Positions 25,197-32,000 of a DNA stretch of 32,000 nucleotides are shown here, one piece after another. The stretch is from Planctopirus limnophila DSM 3776 (GTDB lineage Bacteria; Planctomycetota; Planctomycetia; Planctomycetales; Planctomycetaceae). The translations under genes were made by a program, and so were the position numbers. Every line of letters starts with the position of its first letter. The first letter of the stretch is position 1. Where the stretch lies: assembly GCF_000092105.1 (NCBI RefSeq), contig NC_014148.1:4890001-4922000 (forward strand). The letters run 5' to 3'. Below the pieces are notes generated by a model, which saw nothing but the letters and a program-made list of their open reading frames with translations, did not search any database and was not told the DNA's origin.

Positions 25197-27383
25197 ATGA
25201 CGTTAACGTCGGATTCCGCTGTATTGGATCTCGTAACATCCGCTGGAAACGGTGATGTTGTACCGTACACTTCGTATCCACTCGATTCCTCGCGCGTGCT
25301 GTTAGGGCTGGTGAATCTTGTCCGTCGGGCTGAACGTGATACGGCTCCCGAACGGGCTGATGCGAATCTTTGTGGCTTAATCAGTCCTCGTGTTTTTCGC
25401 AGTCTGCTGAACAGCCTTTTGTTCCGTGACCCGGCCACACTCCGGCATAGCCAGCGTGTGGGTCGACTGGCCACTGGCCTGGCCAAATATCTGGGATGGG
25501 AAGACCGCAATCTCAGAGCCATTCAGATTGCCGCATTGTTGCACGATCTCGGCAAGGTTGGTGTGCCGGATAGTATTCTTTTCAAGCCGGCTCGTTTGAA
25601 CTCTGATGAACTGCGCCTGATGACGAAAAGTTATCTGATTGGCGTTGATCTTTTGGAAATGTGCCGGGTTGATCCACTGATTATTCGCATCATCACCGAT
25701 TCCCATCATCGCTATTCGCGTGAACCAGGAGCGAATGCCACATTCAGCGATATTCATCAGGGGGCACGTATTCTGGTTGTGGCTGATGCCTATGAATCAC
25801 TCAGCAATGATCAGGTCTTTCGCCGGGCGAAAGCTCACGATGAAATTCTCAAGCTGCTCAATGAGAATGCGGGGACTCAGTTCGATGGGAACATTGTTTC
25901 GGCATTGCAGCGCTGGATTCATACCTATGGGCCGCCGGCGCTTGACGGCACCATGAATGATGATGATTCACTGATTCACTACTATCAGCCTGCCAGCGAT
26001 GCGGAGCTTGCTGAAGCTGCCAATCTCAGTCATTTATTCAGCTATCTGCAAACTCTCGATGAACTGTATGACGGATTCAGTATCATCGATTGCAGTCGTC
26101 GTATGCTGGTCTGGAATCGTGGAGCGGTCAAAACTCATCGTCGGCCAGCAAGGGAAGTGCTCAATACCATCTGGAAGCCGCAGGTTTTTGGATATGCCGA
26201 CGACCGGGGTGTGCCACTGGCTACATCGCAGTGTCCGTTGGAGGCCATCTTTGCCACGGGCAGCAGCTATGCTGCGACCTTGAATATGACGGATGGAGAA
26301 GGAGAGCCAGTGAGTGTCGAACTCCAGGCTTTTCCACTGATTGATAGAAATCAGCGGCTGCAGGCTGTGGCAGAAATCTACCGCCGCACAGAACGTGATG
26401 AAACCAGTCACGTTTCACCGGAAGTGCATGCCCTCAAAATGATGGCCAGTCGCGATGCTCTGACGCGAGTCGCGAATCGTGGCGAGCTCGACAGTCAGAT
26501 CGAACAACTATTGAAGAAGTACAATTCCGAGAGCCAGAACGAGGTTTTCAGCGTCATATTTGTCGATGCCGATCATTTCAAGAGCATTAACGATAAACAT
26601 GGTCACACCGTGGGTGATCAGGTCCTTGTGGAACTGGCACGACTGCTCCAGCACGAGTCGTATTCAGGCGAGATTATTGGTCGCTATGGCGGTGAAGAGT
26701 TTATTGTGCTCTGTCCTGCGACAGATGTGGAACTGGCAGTTCGTAAAAGCGAACGCTTCCGCATGAGTATTCAATCGATGCGGTTTGCCGACTATCCCTC
26801 ATTGCGAATCACTGCGTCGTTTGGGGTATCCCAGGTCGTCAATGGGGATACGGTCGCTTCGCTAGTCGAGCGGGCTGATAAAGCGCTCTATCAGGCGAAG
26901 CAGACGGGTCGGAATCGCACCTGCCATTTAATGACCACAGATTCCCGTCGGTCGGCCCATCGCTTTTCGACCGATGAAGAGGAAGATCCACTGCGATTGA
27001 TTCAGCGTTTTTACATAGGGGTGGGGCAAAGCGTGGTCCCCAAGATGGCGGGATTTGTCGAAGCTCATCGGGCCAAATTGCTGGTTGTTGAGCCAGGCCG
27101 GGTCAAAATGCAGTGTGGGCAGGGGACGATTTTCGGCATGTGGGGTTGGACGAACAGCACTCGTCCCGTGATTCTTGAGATTGTGCTTCCAGAGCTTGTG
27201 GAAGAGCAGCGTGGGCATGCGTCGAGGCGTGGCCCGAATTCACCAGAGGCGATCTGCGTCACAATCCAACCCAAAGGGCGGCCGAACTCGCAAGCGATTT
27301 TTCAGAATCGTGCCAAACTGTTAATGCAGGATCTGAAAAGCTACCTCGTCCCGTGCGACCGCCAACCGGGTATTGGTGGGTAA
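25197..27383 (+). CDS. Degenerate HD-GYP domain / PAS-like region / GGDEF diguanylate cyclase with an uncharacterised C-terminal domain
   Basis: 728 aa. The HD domain has AALLHDLGKVGVPDSILFKPARL and HHRY, but lacks GYP and one conserved His. The GGDEF domain has RDALTRVANRG, VDADHFKSINDKHGHTVGD, an intact GGEEF motif and ALYQAKQTGRN. The final 140 aa or so match nothing I recognise. Confidence 0.85.
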   Translation: MTLTSDSAVLDLVTSAGNGDVVPYTSYPLDSSRVLLGLVNLVRRAERDTAPERADANLCGLISPRVFRSLLNSLLFRDPATLRHSQRVGRLATGLAKYLGWEDRNLRAIQIAALLHDLGKVGVPDSILFKPARLNSDELRLMTKSYLIGVDLLEMCRVDPLIIRIITDSHHRYSREPGANATFSDIHQGARILVVADAYESLSNDQVFRRAKAHDEILKLLNENAGTQFDGNIVSALQRWIHTYGPPALDGTMNDDDSLIHYYQPASDAELAEAANLSHLFSYLQTLDELYDGFSIIDCSRRMLVWNRGAVKTHRRPAREVLNTIWKPQVFGYADDRGVPLATSQCPLEAIFATGSSYAATLNMTDGEGEPVSVELQAFPLIDRNQRLQAVAEIYRRTERDETSHVSPEVHALKMMASRDALTRVANRGELDSQIEQLLKKYNSESQNEVFSVIFVDADHFKSINDKHGHTVGDQVLVELARLLQHESYSGEIIGRYGGEEFIVLCPATDVELAVRKSERFRMSIQSMRFADYPSLRITASFGVSQVVNGDTVASLVERADKALYQAKQTGRNRTCHLMTTDSRRSAHRFSTDEEEDPLRLIQRFYIGVGQSVVPKMAGFVEAHRAKLLVVEPGRVKMQCGQGTIFGMWGWTNSTRPVILEIVLPELVEEQRGHASRRGPNSPEAICVTIQPKGRPNSQAIFQNRAKLLMQDLKSYLVPCDRQPGIGG

Positions 27384-27426
27384 CTGCTCAATTCTATGGA
27401 TCAGGGCGATGGCCCTTCGCTCGACT

Positions 27427-27855
27427 CTAATCTTTTGATGAGAGCTTGAAATCCATTGGCTCACGATCAGCCTTGGAGACTTCCATTTCGAGTGTGGAAT
27501 GCTTGTTGTACTTCGCAGGAACTTTCTCGACCTGGCCGAGTTTCCGCTCTTCAATCGATGATTCTGGATCGGGCTCAATCAACGTACTGATCGTGACCCG
27601 ATGCTTTCCGGTGACAGCACCAGCCAGGTCAGCCGTGTAAAGGAGTTTGTACTGTCCCTGGGTATCTGTCGTGGCAAACGAAGCTCTTCCCTCAGCAGGA
27701 GTGAAGACGATTTTCGCCTTGGCTAAAGGCTGATCATCCAGATAGACCGTTCCAACAACAGGAACCAGCGTGACCGAAGGACCACCACAGCCTGCCAAAA
27801 GGGTGAGAAACGCGTAAAAGCAGCATAAACGCGGGAGCAGATGGAGGATCAACAT
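27427..27855 (-). CDS. Small lipoprotein with a carboxypeptidase-regulatory-like beta-sandwich (DUF1559 partner)
   Basis: 142 aa with the lipobox LLAGC. VVGTVYLDDQPLAKAKIVFTP ... TDTQGQYKL is typical of the small lipoproteins found immediately downstream of planctomycete DUF1559 genes. Confidence 0.75.
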   Translation of the reverse strand: MLILHLLPRLCCFYAFLTLLAGCGGPSVTLVPVVGTVYLDDQPLAKAKIVFTPAEGRASFATTDTQGQYKLLYTADLAGAVTGKHRVTISTLIEPDPESSIEERKLGQVEKVPAKYNKHSTLEMEVSKADREPMDFKLSSKD

Positions 27856-27907
27856 GAGAGAAATCTTTAGCTATGCGCTTAATAAGAAAAGCGTGTGATC
27901 TTTAAAG

Positions 27908-27947
27908 ATTCAGAGCAGGAGCCCAGGACAGGGCTCCTGCTCTGAAT
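27908..27947. terminator. Strong hairpin between the DUF1559 gene and the downstream lipoprotein gene
   Basis: Perfect 17-bp stem ATTCAGAGCAGGAGCCC / GGGCTCCTGCTCTGAAT with a 6-nt loop, 58 nt after the DUF1559 stop and 53 nt before the lipoprotein start. On the minus strand it is followed by CTTTAAAG. Confidence 0.65.
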
Positions 27948-28004
27948 TACTCAATCGGGCGTTTTTTACCTTTGCCGGCGATACCTGCCGAATCGTCTTC
28001 AGTT

Positions 28005-28988
28005 TTAGAATTCACCTAACACCTGGCCATCGGCCATTTGGCCCAGGCGCTGGTAAGTGTTGCCATCGGTGTTTTCGCTGAGGAAGCGGACACTTCCATC
28101 TGCCATCACAAAATGGACACCACCGGTGTGGAAGCTGGTAGGGGCATTATTGTTGGTCCCTTTGATTAGCCAGTCGGGCAGGTTCTCAGCACGTACGAGA
28201 TTGGAGTATTTATTACCGGAGTTGGCATTGGTCGCACCAGAAGATCGACCTGCCCAGATCCCTCCGCGGCGAGTTTCGGAATCACCGCCATCGTAAAGTC
28301 GTTCGGTGACCATCAAGGTGTTGCTGGTTCCATCAGTAACGTCGCGAATACGAGTCGCACTGTTGTAGGCAAAGATGCCCTTATTGACACCCGAGCGGGT
28401 ATCAACATAGTTGACCGTGGTGCTCCCCCAGATCGCAGGATACGAGAGCTTGGCATGACCATCGCTGATTCCATCACCCCCCAAGGCCTGAGCACGGACA
28501 ATGTTCGGGCTGGCTTCTGAAGGGCAGATATAAACTGGCAGGATCGTTCGGGTTAATGCTGTGGGGTTGAGAGGGAAGTTGTTTCCGTTGGGATTGAGAG
28601 ATGAATAGAGCGGAGCCTGATCAATAAACGGCAGAATAAAAGTACTCCATCCCCAGCCGCCACCCACATTGGAGCGGCTTGGCTCGGCATCACCCAGCTT
28701 ATACGCCACTCCTGTGGTGACATTCATCGCCAGAGCCCCGGGCGGAAATGCATTGTAGTTATCGTGATAGTTATGGAGTGCCAGCCCAATCTGCTTGAGA
28801 TTGTTACGGCACTGTGAACGGCGAGCTGCTTCCCGTGCCTGCTGGACGGCAGGTAGCAACAAGGCAATCAAGATCGCGATGATGGCAATGACGACAAGAA
28901 GTTCAATCAGAGTAAATCCACGGCGATTCGTCGTCGATAATGGCTTTGCAGCAGAAGGCATTACAAAACTTTCTAGTGAGAAAAACAC
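28005..28988 (-). CDS. DUF1559 protein with a prepilin-type N-terminal cleavage/methylation motif
   Basis: Motifs are RGFTLIELLVVIAIIAILIALLLPAVQQAREAARRSQCRNNLKQIGLALHNY and the C-terminal SFHTGGVHFVMADGSVRFLSENTD. The likely start is the Met at 28961. Confidence 0.9.
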   Translation of the reverse strand: MFFSLESFVMPSAAKPLSTTNRRGFTLIELLVVIAIIAILIALLLPAVQQAREAARRSQCRNNLKQIGLALHNYHDNYNAFPPGALAMNVTTGVAYKLGDAEPSRSNVGGGWGWSTFILPFIDQAPLYSSLNPNGNNFPLNPTALTRTILPVYICPSEASPNIVRAQALGGDGISDGHAKLSYPAIWGSTTVNYVDTRSGVNKGIFAYNSATRIRDVTDGTSNTLMVTERLYDGGDSETRRGGIWAGRSSGATNANSGNKYSNLVRAENLPDWLIKGTNNNAPTSFHTGGVHFVMADGSVRFLSENTDGNTYQRLGQMADGQVLGEF

Positions 28989-29025
28989 AGATACAGTAAA
29001 TAGGTACGGCTTTACAGACTCATTC

Positions 29026-29047
29026 CCTGTTGTTATTCAACAACAGG
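29026..29047 (-). terminator. Weak terminator-like hairpin after the choice-of-anchor-I gene
   Basis: Perfect 9-bp stem CCTGTTGTT / AACAACAGG with a 4-nt loop, 19 nt after the stop. The stem is AT-rich and no clear U-tract follows. Confidence 0.35.
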
Positions 29048-29065
29048 ATGATATGGGACTGCTGA

Positions 29066-30817
29066 TCAGGGCGTACGCAGCCTGATCTCATAGATTACGG
29101 TGGCATTGCTGATTTCGTTGGCAACAACGAGTAGAGGTGTCTTCGTCGGACTGTCTTGAGCAGGGATCACTAACAACCCTTCCGGGCCTAAATCTCCCTC
29201 ATTGCTCGTTGGAGATACTAAATCCGACGGTGTCGATTCACTTCGCGTACTGAGGAACTGTTCAAAGACGGGTTTTACAGGGTTTGTGACATCATAGACC
29301 ATCAGCCCCGATTGACGTTCAAGACCAATGATGGCAATCTTCTTTGAACCAATCTCTGTAACGACCACGCTCTCGGGCTCTGGCCCTTTCGCTGCACTTC
29401 GGCTGTCGAATTCCCGCTTTTCATGATCACTGTTAAAGTCGTGTGGTCGTTGACTGGCCACAATCGACTCCAACTGATCGCCGGAATCAAATATCTGGTG
29501 GAATTGCTCATCCCAGATGGAAAAAGATCTTCCTCCAAAGGCATGCAGTTCGTCGACCAGTCCATTGCCATTCAGATCACCCGTGGCTTTGGAAACTCGT
29601 AAACGACCAAGATTCTCTGGTTTTTGAAGCTCATTCGCGTGAGGAAACCTGCGCGGGTCGAGCTGAAGATCGCTGACCATGGCCCTCTCGCTGAAGCCTT
29701 CGTAGTCTCGATCTTTTCCATCGTTGGCGGTGACGATAAATCGCTTTCCATGCGAGACAAAATTGGCCAGACCATCGGGTTGATAAAGACCTTTCACTGG
29801 CCAGGGCCGGATATTGATCGATTGATCTCGGTCACTGGCATCGAAACCATTTCCCGGTTGGGAATGATCTTTATAGCCCAGACCTCTTACGGAAATTAAA
29901 GACTTCTGTTCGAGATCAATGGTGGCAATCGCGTTATTTTCCTGCAGGCTGACCCAGGCCAGCTGACCATCGGCAGAGATCGTGATATATTCGGGCTCCA
30001 GATCCTGAGCGACCGTCGCCTTCGGCCCAAAGATCCGTACTCCAGGCCCCATTTTCTCCGGATTGTCGTTGTACCTGCGGAAATCAATCGTCGTGATTTC
30101 AGCATTGGCGAGTTGTGCCAGATCATCGGGAATTTCAATCAGACTGATCGTTCCTTCAGGATCAAAATCATAGTTCTCATTCGGGGAACCTTCGTTGGCA
30201 ACGGCAAGAAGTTTTCCATCATTCGTCAGTGCCACACAGTCCGGCTCATAACCCACCTGGATCTGGTGAACAATCTTGCGATGGACTGGGTCAATCAGGA
30301 CAACATGACCACGTTGGCGACGATCTTCTGTAGCAACAGACGCAACGACTCGTCCTGCCCTCGCCGAAACGGATGTGGGTATTCCCAGAGCTGAGACGCT
30401 GATCTGGTCAACTCGCACTGGCAGGGCCGGTTGCGACAGATCAAGGACATCGATGACCTGATCTTCCACATTGACGACGAAAAGTTGCCTGGTTGTTGGA
30501 TCAAAAGCCGTGATTTCAGTGGCCGATGTTCCTGACTTTTCACTGTGCCGAAAACGGCCGAGAAACTGAAGTTGAACCTCGCCACGAGGGAGAATCTTCA
30601 AAGTTCGTGCTGTCGAAGATTGATTCGGTAAAGCGACGGCGGCGGGCTCAGTGGCGACCGCAGTGTTGACCTGCACTGTCCAAACCAGCAGAGACGCCAC
30701 AACAATTGCGGCAGCAATCACCTTCCAGGCAGCGACGTGCTGATTGTTCAGTAGGCGGAACTGCCCTCTTACTTTCCCCCAGAACTTCCGCACTGTGCCT
30801 GCACTCCCGAAATCCAA
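29066..30817 (-). CDS. Choice-of-anchor-I family beta-propeller protein, N-terminally membrane anchored
   Basis: 583 aa with an N-terminal TM or signal segment (VIAAAIVVASLLVWTV). Family-like motifs are EPEYITISADGQLAWVSLQENNAIATIDL, GFDASDRD, GLYQPDGLANF, FIVTANDGKDRDYEGFSE and LLVVANEISNATVIYEI. Confidence 0.8.
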   Translation of the reverse strand: MDFGSAGTVRKFWGKVRGQFRLLNNQHVAAWKVIAAAIVVASLLVWTVQVNTAVATEPAAVALPNQSSTARTLKILPRGEVQLQFLGRFRHSEKSGTSATEITAFDPTTRQLFVVNVEDQVIDVLDLSQPALPVRVDQISVSALGIPTSVSARAGRVVASVATEDRRQRGHVVLIDPVHRKIVHQIQVGYEPDCVALTNDGKLLAVANEGSPNENYDFDPEGTISLIEIPDDLAQLANAEITTIDFRRYNDNPEKMGPGVRIFGPKATVAQDLEPEYITISADGQLAWVSLQENNAIATIDLEQKSLISVRGLGYKDHSQPGNGFDASDRDQSINIRPWPVKGLYQPDGLANFVSHGKRFIVTANDGKDRDYEGFSERAMVSDLQLDPRRFPHANELQKPENLGRLRVSKATGDLNGNGLVDELHAFGGRSFSIWDEQFHQIFDSGDQLESIVASQRPHDFNSDHEKREFDSRSAAKGPEPESVVVTEIGSKKIAIIGLERQSGLMVYDVTNPVKPVFEQFLSTRSESTPSDLVSPTSNEGDLGPEGLLVIPAQDSPTKTPLLVVANEISNATVIYEIRLRTP

Positions 30818-31166
30818 AACATCCCCATCTGGCGATATTGCCGAGGGTTGAATTGTTAAGACGCGGAAGATTAGGAGTGGATTGTGAAGAAAATGTTAGC
30901 GTCGCGTGAGGAAACGATGATTTGTTAAGATTTTGGAGAGGCTCTTGCAATCTGGGTGACTATATATCCTCGCTTATTATTATCCATTCCATTTAACATC
31001 TGATAAAATGAATAGATCCAGCCAGCGAATACTCACCGGATGGATCTTTCTGTCTGTTCGGAAGTCCGTCGATTCTCCCTAAGTGGGATGATGCGACGAG
31101 TTCGAGCCAGCGATGAATTGTGTCACGTTCAACCATAGATCATGACTGCATCAGGTGCTGTCAGCA

Positions 31167-32000
31167 TTAAATTTCGCCGAGAACCTCACCACCCGAGCGT
31201 GTCCCCAATGCTCGCCAGATCCCCTGGTCGATGTTTTCGGAGACCGCACGGACCGAGCCATCCATTAACAGCGACTGCACAATCCCTTCGTGGTAACTGC
31301 GAGAAGTGATGATGCCGTACGTTGGTGCCGTCAGGCTGGTTCCTTCGCGATTGCTGGAGACATCAATGTCATAAGTCACACCCGCTTCAACATGCGGCAC
31401 CGAAGTATTCGGCCCGAATGTGGTGGTAAAGCCGGTGTGAATGGCTCTGCCACAGACCCATTCGGTATGGCCATTGACTGCAGACCAGGCACCGCCCGCA
31501 GTATAGGTTCCTGAAACCTGGCTGGGAGCGGTTGGTTCTGTGGCAACACCGGTGGTGTCGTGGAAACGAGGTGTAAAGGCCTTCACTTCAGCCATGGCCA
31601 TGGTATTGCTGGTCCCATCCGTGAAGCTGGCGGTCGTGAGTTTTCCATTGGGAGCAAAAGCGGCTCCGCCATTCTGCCCGTTGTTGGGGTCGTAAATGAG
31701 ATAGCGGCCGATGTTCATGGCGTAACACAGGGGGTAATGCTCGGGAGTGCCACTGCTGTTCAAGCGAGCGCGATCGCCGGGATCACTGGGGCAGATGAGG
31801 ACTGAGACCTTGGTGGCTGCCGGCCCGAAAGGTGGATAAACACTGGTGTTCACGGCATGGTGATAGCCCAGCGAGAAGTTCATTTTGCTGTAGATTGTGC
31901 CTCCATCCAGATACGGGAGTATGAAGGCTTGAGCCGACCAGGGCTGTTGTGAAGTGCTGTTGCGATCAATGCAGCCTGAGGGTGGAAAGACACTGAAGGC
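31167..32000 (-). CDS. DUF1559 protein, 5'-truncated by the window edge
   Basis: The reading frame stays open upstream of the listed Met at 31883 through to position 32000 (..FSVFPPSGCIDRNSTSQQPWSAQAFILPYLDGGTIYSKMNF..). This parallels the WSTFILPFIDQAPLYSSLN region of the 28005 gene. The C-terminus is SYHEGIVQSLLMDGSVRAVSENID. Confidence 0.85.
   Translation of the reverse strand, partial: AFSVFPPSGCIDRNSTSQQPWSAQAFILPYLDGGTIYSKMNFSLGYHHAVNTSVYPPFGPAATKVSVLICPSDPGDRARLNSSGTPEHYPLCYAMNIGRYLIYDPNNGQNGGAAFAPNGKLTTASFTDGTSNTMAMAEVKAFTPRFHDTTGVATEPTAPSQVSGTYTAGGAWSAVNGHTEWVCGRAIHTGFTTTFGPNTSVPHVEAGVTYDIDVSSNREGTSLTAPTYGIITSRSYHEGIVQSLLMDGSVRAVSENIDQGIWRALGTRSGGEVLGEI

Noticed and set aside
30993-31136. 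47-aa minus-strand ORF (MVERDTIHRWLELVASSHLGRIDGLPNRQKDPSGEYSLAGSIHFIRC) between the truncated DUF1559 gene and the choice-of-anchor-I gene.
   Set aside because: It is below any reliable length threshold. There is no obvious ribosome-binding site, signal peptide or lipobox, unlike the lipoprotein that follows the other DUF1559 gene. I recognise no motif.
1-32000. Scan for CRISPR arrays, tRNA/rRNA genes, transposases, integrases and toxin-antitoxin or defence-system genes.
   Set aside because: No regularly spaced direct repeats with unique spacers were seen. There are no cloverleaf-like GTTCGAATC-type T-arms in intergenic DNA and no ORFs with recombinase, nuclease or ATPase defence hallmarks. 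The window looks like core chromosome apart from the hairpin repeats.

Overview
This is a chromosomal segment that looks like Planctomycetota. It carries two prepilin-type DUF1559 genes, a PSCyt/DUF1549/DUF1553 giant next to a DUF1501 gene, a TAT-exported Gfo/Idh/MocA oxidoreductase and a choice-of-anchor-I protein. GC is about 50-55% by eye and was not computed.

I support 21 protein-coding genes. There is no rRNA, tRNA, CRISPR array, transposase or phage gene.

Gene content in order:
- (1) A minus-strand cluster: 1206-aa TPR protein, 361-aa TPR protein, ExbB/TolQ and two ExbD/TolR genes. No TonB or TonB-dependent receptor is visible.
- (2) An Rrf2 regulator, an ECF sigma factor and an 81-aa soluble zinc-finger anti-sigma factor, transcribed divergently from flavohemoglobin hmp.
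- (3) An AT-richer secreted hypothetical protein and a MATE exporter.
- (4) PSCyt-DUF1549-DUF1553 plus DUF1501, and two Gfo/Idh/MocA oxidoreductases.
- (5) An intramembrane-type histidine kinase, an OmpR/PhoB-type response regulator and a membrane fatty-acid desaturase. Transcribed divergently from them is a degenerate HD-GYP/PAS-like/GGDEF protein.
- (6) DUF1559 pseudopilin-like genes, a small lipoprotein and a choice-of-anchor-I beta-propeller protein.

Signals the genes do not explain:
- (a) A dispersed family of 36-nt hairpin repeats. There are 4 copies, all in 3' intergenic DNA. They show compensatory stem changes and a conserved AAGA loop, G/A mismatch and CCACCC tail. Two copies form an inverted REPIN-like doublet.
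- (b) Four TGTCA direct repeats at exactly 11-bp spacing (Pho-box-like) between the response regulator and the desaturase.
- (c) Several strong terminator hairpins.

All domain calls come from motif recognition by eye. No database search was run.
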